The notes: generated by a model from the letters alone, not told the origin. A DNA stretch of 64,000 bases from Candidatus Versatilivorator sp. (GCA_965207735.1 OZ242296.1:5088001-5152000); one strand, 5' to 3'. Counted from the stretch's first letter, positions 48,204 to 59,206 are shown. Program-made: numbers and translations.

Positions 48204-51038
48204 GTGGGCGGCCTCGCGCCACTCTCAGGGAATGCTGGTTTGAGAAAAGCTGATCTTCAGAGTCACGGCTGTTCGCGCCGGAATCGATCCGCCGGATTAT
48301 TCTGGTCTCTCGCCCCGGTAGTTGCCTGGGCTGTCCTGGCAGGGCAGGACACTGTCTCTCAAGCTTCGAAGCCGGATGCCACCGCCGGGTATGTCGACCC
48401 GCAAACCTGTCAGCCCTGTCACTCCGACATCCATGACAGTTATCAGCAAGTCGCCATGGGCCGCTCCTTCTATGTACCCACGGCAGAGAACGTCATCGAG
48501 GACTACGAGGTCAACAACCACTTCTTCCACGAGCTTTCCAACCGCCACTATCGGATGATTCAGCGCGACGGGCGGTTCTACCAGAGGCGCTACCAACTGG
48601 ATGCCCAGGGCCGCGAGCAGAATGTCTTCGAGATGGAGGCCACCCACATCATCGGCTCGGGAATCCACGCCCGCAGCTATCTCCATCTGGACGCCGGCGG
48701 CGTGCTGAGGCAGCTGCCGGCGAGCTGGTATACCCAGGAGCAGCGCTGGGCCATGAGTCCAGGCTACGACCGGTCCGACCATGAGGGTTTCAGCCGGCAG
48801 GTGACCCATGCCTGCATGTTCTGCCACAATGCCTATCCGCCCCTTCCGGAACCCTCGGACCGGCTTGGGCTCGACAGCCGTTTCCCCAGGGAACTGCCGT
48901 CGGGGATCGACTGCCAGCGCTGCCACGGTCCCGGCGCCCGGCACCTGGAGCTGGTTTCCAGCGGCAGGGCGGATGCGGCCGACCTCCGCCGGGCCATTGT
49001 GAATCCGGTCCGTCTGGGTCCCGAGCGGGAATTGGAGGTCTGCATGCAGTGCCACCTGCCGGTGGCCACCGCCGGCCCTCACATCCAGCGTTTCGGGCGC
49101 TCGATCTACTCCTACCGGCCGGGCGAACCCCTGGCGGACTACGCCGTCCGGTTCGATCTGGTCAATCCCGAGACCCGGAAGTTGAGCGAGCGGTTCGAGG
49201 TGGACAGCAGCAGCTATCGCCTGCGCCGGTCGCCCTGCTTCATCGGCAGCCGGGGAAAGATGACCTGCACCACCTGTCATGATCCCCATCACGCTCCCCG
49301 CGGGGAAGAAGCGGTGCGGCACTATCGGGAGCGCTGTCTGGATTGTCACGCCGAGGTGTCGCCGCTGGCCCATCCCCAGCCGGGGGAGAGCGATTGCGCG
49401 AGCTGCCATATGCCCCAGCGCCGCACCCAGGACGCGGTTCACGTGGTGATGACCGATCACTTCATCCAGCGCTACCCTCCCCCAAGGGACCTGCTGGCGC
49501 CCCTCAAGGAAGACCACTCCCCCAATCCCGACGAGGTGGTGTTGCACCAGCCGGATGCGTTGCCCGATTCGGAACGGGAAATTTACCGGGGATTGGGACA
49601 GATTCGGTCCCCGGTCCATTTTGCCCGGGGGGTGGACCGGCTGGAACTGGCCCTTCCCCAATGGCAGGGGAGCAGTCCTGAGCCCTACCTTCAGTTGGCC
49701 CTGGTGCAGGTGGAGTCGGGAGACCTGGATCAAGCCGGAATCCATCTGAGACGAGCCCTGGAGGCCGATCCGGAGCTGGCGCCCGCCCGCTTTCGGTTGG
49801 GGGAGGTGCTGAGGAAGCAGGGCCGTCCGGACGAGGCGGCCGAGCAGTACCGGCACACCCTTCGCCTCAATCCCGGCCACGCCGCCGCCCGCAACGGCCT
49901 GGGACTGATCCTGAAGGAGCGGCAACAGATCGAGGCGGCGCAGGAACACTTTCGACTGGCTTTGCGCAGCGATCCTCTGCTGGCGGACGCCCATGCCAAT
50001 TCAGGAACCATATTTCTGCAGCAGGGTCAGGTAGACGAGGCCACCCGGGAGTTTTATCGCGCTTTGCAGATCGAACCCAACAACCCCGGGGTATACCGCT
50101 CGCTGGGGGTGGCTCGGGCGGGGTTGGGCCGACACCCGCAAGCCGTCAGCGACTTTCAGCAGGCCATCTCGCTAAAGCCGGAGGACGCCGAAGCCCATTA
50201 CAACCTGGGTCTGTCTCAGAACGAGCTGGGCCGGCACGGGGAAGCCATTCGCGCCTTTCGAAAAGCCATCGACCTCAGAAGCGACTATGCCGAAGCCCAT
50301 TCCAGCCTGGGAGTGACCTATGGCCAGGCGGAGCGCCTGCCGGAGGCGGTGGAGGCCTTTCGGCAGGCGGTCAAGATCGATCCCGACTACGGCGAGGCCT
50401 ATTCCAACCTGGGTCTGGTTCTGGGCCAACTGGGGCAATGGAGGGAGGCTGCCGCGGCCCTGGCTCAAGTGGTCCGCATCGATCCGGAGGATGCCGAGAC
50501 CTGCCTCAAACTGGGTCTTGCCTACGGCCAGGCCAGTCAATTCCAGCAAGCGGTGGAGTCCTTTCAGCAGGCCATCGAGATCAAGCCCGACTTTGCCGAA
50601 GCCTACTCCAACCTGGGGGCGGCCTTCGGCCAACTGGGCCGGCACCAGGAAGCCGGTCAGGCCTTCCGGGAAGCCGTGCGCCTGCAGCCCGAATCATTGC
50701 AGGCTCACCTCCATCTTGGAACGGCCTACGTGAAATTGGGGCGCCTGCCGGAGGCCATCCAGGCTTTTCATGGGGCTACCCGCATCAAGCCCGACCTGGT
50801 CCAACTGCACCAGTTCATTGGGGAAGCCCACGCCCAGTTGGGACAGCCGCAACGGGCCATCCCCGCCTTCAGGCAGGTTCTCCGTTTCAAGCCTGGAGAT
50901 GTCGCCGCGCGCTTTCATCTTGGGCTGGCCTATCTGGAGGCAGGAGACAGAGCCTCGGCCCTGGAGCAGTACCGCAAGCTGAAAGATCTGGATGAGGCCA
51001 GGGCGGCAGAGTTGATGGATCAAATCAACCGAAATTAA
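48204..51038 (+). CDS. Heptaheme cytochrome c - TPR fusion protein, paralog 2 (start uncertain)
   Basis: 7 CxxCH and the longest TPR array of the three; the track start at 47970 runs through repeat DNA. Confidence 0.88.
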   Translation: MGGLAPLSGNAGLRKADLQSHGCSRRNRSAGLFWSLAPVVAWAVLAGQDTVSQASKPDATAGYVDPQTCQPCHSDIHDSYQQVAMGRSFYVPTAENVIEDYEVNNHFFHELSNRHYRMIQRDGRFYQRRYQLDAQGREQNVFEMEATHIIGSGIHARSYLHLDAGGVLRQLPASWYTQEQRWAMSPGYDRSDHEGFSRQVTHACMFCHNAYPPLPEPSDRLGLDSRFPRELPSGIDCQRCHGPGARHLELVSSGRADAADLRRAIVNPVRLGPERELEVCMQCHLPVATAGPHIQRFGRSIYSYRPGEPLADYAVRFDLVNPETRKLSERFEVDSSSYRLRRSPCFIGSRGKMTCTTCHDPHHAPRGEEAVRHYRERCLDCHAEVSPLAHPQPGESDCASCHMPQRRTQDAVHVVMTDHFIQRYPPPRDLLAPLKEDHSPNPDEVVLHQPDALPDSEREIYRGLGQIRSPVHFARGVDRLELALPQWQGSSPEPYLQLALVQVESGDLDQAGIHLRRALEADPELAPARFRLGEVLRKQGRPDEAAEQYRHTLRLNPGHAAARNGLGLILKERQQIEAAQEHFRLALRSDPLLADAHANSGTIFLQQGQVDEATREFYRALQIEPNNPGVYRSLGVARAGLGRHPQAVSDFQQAISLKPEDAEAHYNLGLSQNELGRHGEAIRAFRKAIDLRSDYAEAHSSLGVTYGQAERLPEAVEAFRQAVKIDPDYGEAYSNLGLVLGQLGQWREAAAALAQVVRIDPEDAETCLKLGLAYGQASQFQQAVESFQQAIEIKPDFAEAYSNLGAAFGQLGRHQEAGQAFREAVRLQPESLQAHLHLGTAYVKLGRLPEAIQAFHGATRIKPDLVQLHQFIGEAHAQLGQPQRAIPAFRQVLRFKPGDVAARFHLGLAYLEAGDRASALEQYRKLKDLDEARAAELMDQINRN

Positions 51039-52432
51039 CGCACCAGCCGGGATTTGGGGAACTGGTTGAGCCAGCCAAACCAGAAGGCTCGATGGGCGGG
51101 AAGTCTCAACCGCTTCTCCCCCGCTTTGTTGGTGAGGGCCTCCTCGCTGACCCTCCAGGATTGCTTGCGGCTGTCCGTCAGCTTGGCCTTGCGGTTCCAG
51201 CGGGTGAAGGTCACTCCGGTGGCGTCGTAGACACGGTTGGCGCCCGAACGGTCGGTCAGGATGACCACCGACTGAGAGCCCACCCGATCATGGTAGAGCG
51301 GGTTCGTACCCAGGAAATCGGTGTCAAAGGCCACCGCCTCCCCCTCCAGCAGCAGGGCCACCACCTCCTGTTTGTTGGGAAGGCGCTGGTCCCGGTAGCG
51401 GACCGGAAACATCAGGGACTGAGTCCCGAAATAGGCGCGGTAGGCCACGCCTTCGCCATAGTCGCGCCGGTGGCCGGTTTCCAGGGAGAGCACCCGGGTT
51501 CGGGGGTGGCTTTTTCTCCAAGCGCTCCAGGTGGTGGTCACGATGGGAAGCCGTTTCAGCTTCAGTTCCGATCCCACCAGCTTGCCGGCGACAGGAATCC
51601 CTTCCAGGGCCGACCAGAGCGAGCGGGTCTGGCGGTCGTACATGAGCTTGTTGGAGCGGAAGAGAAAGCCGCTGGTCCCGAAATCGAACTGCCGCTTGCC
51701 GACCCGCTGGTCGTAGAGCACGGCTGATCCGCACAGGGTACAGTAGGCGCAGGTCACATCCATGCCGCCCACGGTGTCATTGAAGAGCTCGTGCCAGGCC
51801 AGGATGCGCTTGGGATAGGCTTTGGCTTCCCCGTTGAGGTATACCCCGAAAATCACGTCGGTTCCATCCAGATAAGCGGCTTCCCCGGCTTCGATGAACC
51901 TGGGATGCTCCAGAGGGGGGATTCCATCCACCTTCACCCCACCCCACACGATCTCGTCCAGGCGGATGGTGTGCTTCATACCCGGATAGAACCACCAGTG
52001 AAACCGCTCGTCGATGGGGGCGTGGATTTCGGCCTTGAAGGCCGGATAGAAGGGATGCACTTCGAAATCCTGTTCCCACAGCCACTCCATCATGGGGTAG
52101 AGGTCTCGATCCACATCCTGGCCGGTCTTCCTCTCCAACAGGTCCCACAACTTGCCTGCCGGAGTCTCGTCGTCGAACAGGAGCTCCTGGCGGGGGGCGA
52201 AAAAACGCAGCGTTTCCACCACCATCGGCGCCAGGCTCATCTCCCATTCGGCCTCGAAGGCTTCCAGGGCTCCTTCTTTCTGGTCCAGGAAGTCGAACAA
52301 GTACTGCACCACCTGCTTCTGACGCTCGGTTCCCTGGGGAGATTCGCCGGCGGGCAGGGTCGCCGAGACCCCGGCCGGGTGCAGACCGAGCAGGACAGCC
52401 AGTAGTGCCGAAGTGAACATTTGTGCCGCCAT
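51035..52432 (-). CDS. DUF3179 domain protein
   Basis: GGVKVDGIP, AYP..IL.WHE, YCTLCGS, FGTSG.L..SN..MYDRQT.SLW, FWFGW; GGAG RBS. Confidence 0.88.
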   Translation of the reverse strand: MAAQMFTSALLAVLLGLHPAGVSATLPAGESPQGTERQKQVVQYLFDFLDQKEGALEAFEAEWEMSLAPMVVETLRFFAPRQELLFDDETPAGKLWDLLERKTGQDVDRDLYPMMEWLWEQDFEVHPFYPAFKAEIHAPIDERFHWWFYPGMKHTIRLDEIVWGGVKVDGIPPLEHPRFIEAGEAAYLDGTDVIFGVYLNGEAKAYPKRILAWHELFNDTVGGMDVTCAYCTLCGSAVLYDQRVGKRQFDFGTSGFLFRSNKLMYDRQTRSLWSALEGIPVAGKLVGSELKLKRLPIVTTTWSAWRKSHPRTRVLSLETGHRRDYGEGVAYRAYFGTQSLMFPVRYRDQRLPNKQEVVALLLEGEAVAFDTDFLGTNPLYHDRVGSQSVVILTDRSGANRVYDATGVTFTRWNRKAKLTDSRKQSWRVSEEALTNKAGEKRLRLPAHRAFWFGWLNQFPKSRLVR

Positions 52433-52591
52433 GGTTGCTCCAACGCGATGGGATATTCTCATATCGCACATTTCGAGGATGAATGCCAGCCCCAAGTACG
52501 GGCGGCGTGGCGGATCGCATCGCTTCCGGAAGGCGAAGGCCGATGAGGTGGGAGGTTCTGGGACACCAGGCAGGGGAATCGGTAGATACTT

Positions 52592-52816
52592 GAGGCGTTT
52601 GCAAAATTCATCAGCGGGACCTTTGCCGGGAATGGCCACAAAAGGCACAAAAACACAAAAAGAACCATCGGATGGGCAAGTCTCGAAATCAAGAAACTCG
52701 TTTTGTGCCTTTTGTGCTTGTTGTGGTTTCTGTTGTCTCTTGTGCTTATCGTGGTGAATCAAAACCTGTTCCGAGCCTCCATAAAACGGTTGGCTGCGGA
52801 ATTTTGCAAAAGGCTC
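52592..52816. mobile_element. MITE-like element containing family B repeat copy 3
   Basis: Ends GAGGCGTTTGCAAAATTC and GAATTTTGCAAAAGGCTC; interior matches 2066-2194 joined to 2422-2484. Confidence 0.7.
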
Positions 52817-53012
52817 ACTTCATAATTCATTACAAATGGTGCCCAGGATTACAGGACGCCGGACTGGCACAGGCAATCCCGTATGCCCTGTCCACCGATG
52901 TAAATGAGCCCTGTAGCTCACGAGGCGGCGGAAAGAGCCCCTCGCCGCCAACTGAGTTAAAATCGGCCGGCCGATGGTGTAAAATAGAAGCCTACATTCC
53001 TTTTCTTCAATC

Positions 53013-55424
53013 ATGGGTTGGATGACGATGCATCTACGCACATGGCTTCGGCATTGCGCCCCTTTGCTGGTCATTGGGCTGACCGTGGCATTTTGGGCGC
53101 CAACTCCAGTGCCCGCTGCTCCTGACGAACAGGAGCCGAAATCCGACGAGTCATCGCCGGGCTTCACCTTCAGGGTCCCGGTGAACGTGGTGCTGGTGAA
53201 CGTTACCGTCGCCGACAAGGCCGGCAGGCCGGTCAAGGACCTGACCGTCGAGGACTTCAAGCTCTATGAGGACGGCAAGCGCCAACGGATTCAAAGCTTT
53301 GAGGTGGAATCCAGTCAACTGGAGCCCGGGACCAATGGGGCGGATGCAGCCGCCAAACGCACGGGGCCGCCCACCCCAGGTGCACAGGTTGCAGCCGAAG
53401 AGTCAGGCGACCGCACCCGGCTGATCAGTTACTTCATCGACGACCTGACGGCCCGTTCCCCCAGATACTTTTTCTGGGTCGTATCCGCGCTGCAGAAGTT
53501 TATTGCCGAGGAGATGGGTCCGCAGGACCAGGTGGGCGTCTTTTCGGCCTCGGGACATGTCCGAATCCCCTTCACCGGCGACCGCAAGCTGCTTCGGGAA
53601 CGGATCGAGGACCTCCACATCGGGAAGTTCTACCTGTCCCGCCCCTATCGCAGCCGCTGCCCGGTCATGTCCGACATGCAGGCGATCCGGATCGTGGACG
53701 GACACCAGGGGATCGATTTCACCCGGGCCTTCAGGGAGGCCAGCAGGTGCATCGAAGTGCGGGATCTGGACCCGGGCGACATCGAACAGCACGTGCGCGC
53801 CGAAGCTTTTCACCAGTACTCGGGAGCCCAGACGGCCATCCAGAAGATGGTGGCGGCCCTGCGCCACCATCTCCAGACCCTGCAGCATTTTACGGCCAGC
53901 AAATCGGTGGTGCTCTTTTCGGACGGATTCGTCCCGGCGAGGCCCATGCGCTGGAGGTTGGACCAGGTCGTGAGCCGGGCTCTGCGCTCCCGGGTGGCCG
54001 TCAACGTGGTGGACATTCGAGGACTGTACACCGTCGGCTTCGAGGCCGCCAACAATGATCTGGCCAGGAACCTGACCGGTGAACCGATCAGCCAGGAGGA
54101 CTTCAATGCGGGCCTGGACATGGCCAGCGAATTCTCCGGTCTCTTCCGGGACCAGACCTATCAGCGCCGCCCCCTGGAAAAGCTGAGCGAGGAGACCGGG
54201 GGCATCCTGTTCACCGACAACAACGACCTGGTAGCGGGCCTAGGCCAGATCAGCAATACCCAGTCCTATTACTATGTGCTCTCTTACGCTTCCCCCGATC
54301 AGAAGGCCAACGGCAAGTACCACAAGATCCGGGTGGAAGTGGACCGTCCCGCCCTCGAGCTCAGTTACCGCCGAGGCTACTATGCTCCCCGGGAGATCCT
54401 CTCCCTGGAGGACCGCAAGAACGAAGACATTCAACTGGCCCTGGCCGCCCCGGGGAATTTCGATGAGATTCCGCTGCAACTGGACTACCGTTCGTCTCCG
54501 GCCCAGGATGACCGCTATCGCCTGAGCGTCTTCACCAACGTCGGTATCGCGGGGGTGCCCTTTCGGCAGGAGGGAGAACGGCGTCAGAATCTCCTCCATT
54601 TGTTGCTGATGGTCTACGACCAGGATGGCGAGCGCGTGGACGGGTCCCAGAAGACCATCGAACTGAACCTGAGCGAATCCAGCTACCGCACCATGCTCCA
54701 GCGCGGCTTCACCACCAGAACCGACCTGGAGGTTCCTGTCGGCCTCTACAATGTCAAGGCGGTGGTCAGAGAAAGCCACCAGACCCGGATGGGGTCGCTC
54801 GACGAGACGGTCACTCTGCCCCTTCCTGAGAGCGCCCCGCCTGCCCCCCAATCTCCCGCTGACCTCGGGGTTGCGGAAGCGGTTGCACCCGCCCTTCCCG
54901 AGGAGTTCGTACCCTCGGAATCCGCCCGCCCGACCTCGGCTGACGAAGACCCGGACCCGTCCCTGCCCGCGGGCGGTCTGGAGAGCAGCCGGTTGGTGCT
55001 GACCCAGCAGCTCACGCCGCTGGCCGATCTGAACGCCGAACTGCAGGCCAGTCTGCTGGAGAGCGGGGAGGCCATGATCTTCGGAGACGTCCAGATTCAT
55101 TCTCCGCTGGACGACCGGATCGACCGCCAATTCCCCGTCACCTTTTTCTATACCCTCTACAACCTGATGTATCCCCGGGAGAGCCAGGGAATGACGGCCA
55201 AGATTCAATTGACCGACAGGTGGGGCCAGGTCAGTCGGTTTCCCTTGATCACCTTGAGTGAAGGCCAGATCGAGCCTCTGGCAGAGGGCGTTGTGAATGT
55301 GGCCTTCAACCTGTCTTTCAAGAACGTGGAGCCCGGCCAGTACAAGCTGACCCTGATGACCCGGGCGCCCGGAGCCAGCGGCCAGTCGGTCGGCGCCCGG
55401 GCCACGGTGACGGTCCTGCAGTAG
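53013..55424 (+). CDS. Acidobacterial VWA (VWFA-related) domain protein
   Basis: FRVPVNVVLVNVTV.DK.G.PV.DLT.EDF, KSVVLFSDGF, LSEETGG, YYVLSY, YRRGYYAP. Confidence 0.88.
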   Translation: MGWMTMHLRTWLRHCAPLLVIGLTVAFWAPTPVPAAPDEQEPKSDESSPGFTFRVPVNVVLVNVTVADKAGRPVKDLTVEDFKLYEDGKRQRIQSFEVESSQLEPGTNGADAAAKRTGPPTPGAQVAAEESGDRTRLISYFIDDLTARSPRYFFWVVSALQKFIAEEMGPQDQVGVFSASGHVRIPFTGDRKLLRERIEDLHIGKFYLSRPYRSRCPVMSDMQAIRIVDGHQGIDFTRAFREASRCIEVRDLDPGDIEQHVRAEAFHQYSGAQTAIQKMVAALRHHLQTLQHFTASKSVVLFSDGFVPARPMRWRLDQVVSRALRSRVAVNVVDIRGLYTVGFEAANNDLARNLTGEPISQEDFNAGLDMASEFSGLFRDQTYQRRPLEKLSEETGGILFTDNNDLVAGLGQISNTQSYYYVLSYASPDQKANGKYHKIRVEVDRPALELSYRRGYYAPREILSLEDRKNEDIQLALAAPGNFDEIPLQLDYRSSPAQDDRYRLSVFTNVGIAGVPFRQEGERRQNLLHLLLMVYDQDGERVDGSQKTIELNLSESSYRTMLQRGFTTRTDLEVPVGLYNVKAVVRESHQTRMGSLDETVTLPLPESAPPAPQSPADLGVAEAVAPALPEEFVPSESARPTSADEDPDPSLPAGGLESSRLVLTQQLTPLADLNAELQASLLESGEAMIFGDVQIHSPLDDRIDRQFPVTFFYTLYNLMYPRESQGMTAKIQLTDRWGQVSRFPLITLSEGQIEPLAEGVVNVAFNLSFKNVEPGQYKLTLMTRAPGASGQSVGARATVTVLQ

Positions 55425-55647
55425 CAGCCTTTCCGATATTCCCTAAACGCGCCCAGGGTGCTATGATTGCGAAAGGAAATCATCAGTGGAAATGGCAGCG
55501 GTCGGAGGGACTTTTCTTTCAGCGGGGGCTTTCTGAGGCAGGGTGGCTGCCGGAACCGGGAAGCCGCTCATTGTCGTCGTTGCCGCTGATCCCATTGCGC
55601 CATTAGAATCTCCGGGTGCCACGGGCATGCCGGGAACAGGAGGCTGC

Positions 55648-56766
55648 ATGTCACGTCTGGTCAAGTCTTCAGGGTTGCCGCTTCTGGTGGTGGCGCTCTT
55701 CGGCCTGTTCGCCCCCGAGGTTTGCGAGGCTCAGAGAGCGCAGGTTATGGGGCAGGTCAAGGGGGTTGACGGCAAACCTCTGAAGGGTGCCGTGATTCAC
55801 ATCGATGACACCCAGACCGTGCGAAAGTTCACGGTCAAGACCAACAAGAAGGGCCGCTACTTTCACGGAGCCATCCCCCTGGGTTACTACCGGGTGAGTG
55901 TGCAGGTGAACGGCACGGAAATGCACGCGGTGCCCCGGGTGAGGATTTACCGGACCAAGCGGCCGGGCGACACCTTTGCCTATGATGCCGAACCCGTTAA
56001 GGTGGACTTCGATCTTGAGGCAATCGCCAAGTTGAAAAAGAAGCGTCAGCAGGCCCTGGCCAAACGCTCGGTCGCCGAAGTCGCCGCCGATCGCGCCAAG
56101 CAGGAAGAGCGCAAGTTCGGCCACATGAACGAGGCGTTCAAGAAGGGCCGGGAACATTTCCATGCCAGGCGCTTCCGGCAGGCCTTGCAGGCCTACGTCC
56201 AGGCGGCCGAGATGGACCCGCGGCAACACATCATTTTCGCAGAGATGGGGGAGGCGCACCGGGCATTGCGGAAATACGATGCTGCCATTGAGAGCTACCA
56301 GAAGGCCCTTACGGTTCTGGCTCAGAACCCCGACTCCAAGGTGGGCGCCAAGTATCAGATGAATCTGGGCCTGCTTTACGGGTTGATGGACAAGACCGAC
56401 AAAGCCCTGGGGGCCATCAACCAGGCCCTGGAATTGAATCCCGGGGGCGCGGACCTGGCCTATTTCAACCTGGGGGCTACCCTGGTGAACAGCGGCCGAA
56501 ACGAGGGGGCCATCAGCGCCTTCAGGAAAGCCCTCGAAGCCAATCCCGAACATGCCAATTCCCAATACCAACTGGGAGTCTGCCTGCTGGGGATGGCCAC
56601 TGTGGACGAGCAGGGAAGGTCCATTCCGCCTCCGGGCACCCTGGAGGCCTTCAAGAAATACGTGGAGTTGGAACCTTCGGGTCCCTATGCCGCCGAAGCC
56701 AACAGCATGATTCAGGCACTGGCGGCTCAAGTGAAGACCACCTTCGACGCCAAGAAGGACAAGTAG
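55648..56766 (+). CDS. Carboxypeptidase regulatory-like domain + TPR protein, secreted
   Basis: AGGAGG RBS, signal peptide, GQVKGVDGKPLKGA, TPRs. Confidence 0.85.
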   Translation: MSRLVKSSGLPLLVVALFGLFAPEVCEAQRAQVMGQVKGVDGKPLKGAVIHIDDTQTVRKFTVKTNKKGRYFHGAIPLGYYRVSVQVNGTEMHAVPRVRIYRTKRPGDTFAYDAEPVKVDFDLEAIAKLKKKRQQALAKRSVAEVAADRAKQEERKFGHMNEAFKKGREHFHARRFRQALQAYVQAAEMDPRQHIIFAEMGEAHRALRKYDAAIESYQKALTVLAQNPDSKVGAKYQMNLGLLYGLMDKTDKALGAINQALELNPGGADLAYFNLGATLVNSGRNEGAISAFRKALEANPEHANSQYQLGVCLLGMATVDEQGRSIPPPGTLEAFKKYVELEPSGPYAAEANSMIQALAAQVKTTFDAKKDK

Positions 56767-56848
56767 AGGCACCCACTAGCCCTTCCGTCCTGTCTCTGCC
56801 AAGGATGATGGCGTCCGCCCGGGATGGTCCCAAGTGTCCTTCCTGGAA

Positions 56849-59206
56849 ATGACGGTTCCGGAATTCTGCCGCCGAATGGGTTGGGCGGGCCTGGGTCTGG
56901 TTTGCCTGGCCTGCCTCTGGTCCCTGGCCGGCAACACCCGACCCAGCCAAGCCCCCACCCACTCCACTCCCGACTCCCGAGTCTGTCAATCCTGCCATGC
57001 CGAGATCTACCGGAGCTACGGGGAAGTGGCCATGGCCCGCTCCCTCTACCGGCCCTCGCCGGACAACCTGATCGAGGATTACACCCGGGAAAACCACTTC
57101 TACCACGCCCCCTCGAAGCGACATTACCGGATGGTGCAGCGGGAGGGGCGCTTCTACCAGAGGCGCTACCAACTGCATGCCGGGGGAGGAGAGACAAACG
57201 TCCTGGAACGGGAGGTGACCCACATCATCGGTTCAGGCGAGCATGCCCGCAGCTATCTGAGCCTGGATGAGGGAGGTGTGCTGCGACAGTTGCCGGTGAC
57301 CTGGTATCCCCAGATTCAGCGCTGGGGGATGAGCCCCGGCTACGACCACCCGGACCACGAAGACTTCAGCCGACAAGTCACTCACTCCTGTCTGTTCTGT
57401 CACAACGGCTATCCCCAGCTCCCGGAACCCTCGGACCGCTACGGCCAACGGAACGTTTTCAGGAGTGAGCTGCCCTCCGGCATCGGTTGCCACCGTTGCC
57501 ACGGACCGGGCTCCGACCACGTGAAGGTGGCATCGAGCCGAACAGCCGCGGTCGGTCAGATTCGTCAATCCATCGTCAATCCGGCCAGGCTGAGCCCCGA
57601 AAGGCAACTGGATGTCTGCCTGCAATGTCATCTGGAAGCCGCTGCGGCCGCGCCGCGGTTCAGGCGGTCAGGCCGGCCGGTTAATTCCTTTCAGCCGGGG
57701 GAGTCCCTGGCGGATTACATCGTCCACTTCGATCTCGGAGATCCAAACTCGGAGCACCCGCCCGATCGTTTCGAGATCGACAGCGCCGGCTACCGGATGC
57801 GGCAGTCGGCCTGCTTCCGCTTGAGCCGGGGCGCCATGACCTGCACCACCTGCCATGACCCCCACCGCAAACTACGAGGGGAGGCGGCGGTGAGGCATTA
57901 CCGGGAACGCTGCCTGAGTTGCCACAACCGGCCCTCGCCCGCCGTCCACGGAGAGACACCTCCCGGCGATTGCACCGCTTGCCACATGCCCAAACGCCGG
58001 GCTCAGGACGTGGTGCACGCGGTCATGACCGATCACCTGATTCAGAAGGGCCCTCCCGGGCCGAACCTGCTGGCGCCACTTGAGGAAGACCATTCCCCCA
58101 GGAAGGAGCAGCCGTTGTTGTACTTTCCCCGGTCGCTGTCCGCCTGGGAACGAAATCTCTATTTGGGGATGGCCGAGGTGCAGACCCCGGGAAACCTGCG
58201 GCAAGGTTTGGACCGGCTCGCGGCAGCCCTGGAGCGGAAGAGCGCTTCTTTCGCCGAGCCCTACGTCAAGTTGGCCACGGCCCATGCCGAGACCGGGGCC
58301 TACGATGCGGCTCGCGCCAGCTTGCGACGAGCCCTTGACATCGATCCCGACAGCCCCATCGCCCGTTTCAACCTGGCCGAGGTGATGCGGCGGCAGGGCC
58401 AATACGCGGCCGCTGTCGAGCAATATCGGAGAATTCTGGCGATCGACCCAAACTATGCCAAGGCCCATCTGGGGCTGGGGCTGGTCAACCGGCAACAGGG
58501 CCGACCGGCAATGGATTCGTTCCGGCAGGCTTTGCAGTCCGATCCGCTTCTGGCGGAGGCCCACCTCGGACTGGGACGGGAATCCCTGGAAAGGGGACCG
58601 GCTGCCGAGGCGGCACGCCATTTTCTCCAGGCCCTCCGGGCCGACCCGGACAGCGCCGAGGCCCATCTGAACCTGGGCTTGGCCCAGGCGCGGCAGGGCC
58701 TTCAGGAGGAAGCTCTGGCAGCCTTTCGCCAAGCCGCCGCAATGGATCCCGCTTCTCCTGAAGCCCACTACAACCTGGGGGTGGCTCTGGCTCGGAAGGG
58801 ACGCATCCGGGAGGCTTTGAAGTCCTTTCGGGAAGCGGTCCGCCTGAGGCCGGAGGACGTCGAAGCCCGCTCCAACCTTGGGATGGCCTACAGCCAACTG
58901 GACCGGCTGGAGGACGCCGTGGAGGCCTTTCGCCAAGCCGTGCGCCTCCAGCCCGATTCAGCCAGGGCTTACTTCAACCTGGGCCTGACCCAGGCCCGCC
59001 TGGGCCGCTCGCGGGAGGCCGTCGAGGCCCTGTCGCGAAGCGCGAGCCTCTCCCCCCGTAATGCCGAGATCCGGTTCCACCTGGGCCTGCTCTACCTGAG
59101 TGCGGGCGAGAGGGCCTCGGCGCTGGAGCAGTATGAGGTCCTCAAGGAATTGGACCCGAAACGGGCCAGGACGCTGGGGGAAAGTATCCGGGGGAAAGAG
59201 CGGTGA
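56849..59206 (+). CDS. Heptaheme cytochrome c - TPR fusion protein, paralog 3
   Basis: 7 CxxCH (CQSCH, CLFCH, CHRCH, CLQCH, CTTCH, CLSCH, CTACH) then TPRs. Confidence 0.88.
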   Translation: MTVPEFCRRMGWAGLGLVCLACLWSLAGNTRPSQAPTHSTPDSRVCQSCHAEIYRSYGEVAMARSLYRPSPDNLIEDYTRENHFYHAPSKRHYRMVQREGRFYQRRYQLHAGGGETNVLEREVTHIIGSGEHARSYLSLDEGGVLRQLPVTWYPQIQRWGMSPGYDHPDHEDFSRQVTHSCLFCHNGYPQLPEPSDRYGQRNVFRSELPSGIGCHRCHGPGSDHVKVASSRTAAVGQIRQSIVNPARLSPERQLDVCLQCHLEAAAAAPRFRRSGRPVNSFQPGESLADYIVHFDLGDPNSEHPPDRFEIDSAGYRMRQSACFRLSRGAMTCTTCHDPHRKLRGEAAVRHYRERCLSCHNRPSPAVHGETPPGDCTACHMPKRRAQDVVHAVMTDHLIQKGPPGPNLLAPLEEDHSPRKEQPLLYFPRSLSAWERNLYLGMAEVQTPGNLRQGLDRLAAALERKSASFAEPYVKLATAHAETGAYDAARASLRRALDIDPDSPIARFNLAEVMRRQGQYAAAVEQYRRILAIDPNYAKAHLGLGLVNRQQGRPAMDSFRQALQSDPLLAEAHLGLGRESLERGPAAEAARHFLQALRADPDSAEAHLNLGLAQARQGLQEEALAAFRQAAAMDPASPEAHYNLGVALARKGRIREALKSFREAVRLRPEDVEARSNLGMAYSQLDRLEDAVEAFRQAVRLQPDSARAYFNLGLTQARLGRSREAVEALSRSASLSPRNAEIRFHLGLLYLSAGERASALEQYEVLKELDPKRARTLGESIRGKER

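Noticed and set aside
51035-52432. Selenoprotein form of DUF3179
   Set aside because: The ORF is uninterrupted with CTLC encoded by Cys codons; no in-frame TGA.
45441-59206. Heptaheme paralogs as DGR targets
   Set aside because: Differences look like ordinary paralog divergence, not adenine-specific changes, and the only RT is an intron maturase.
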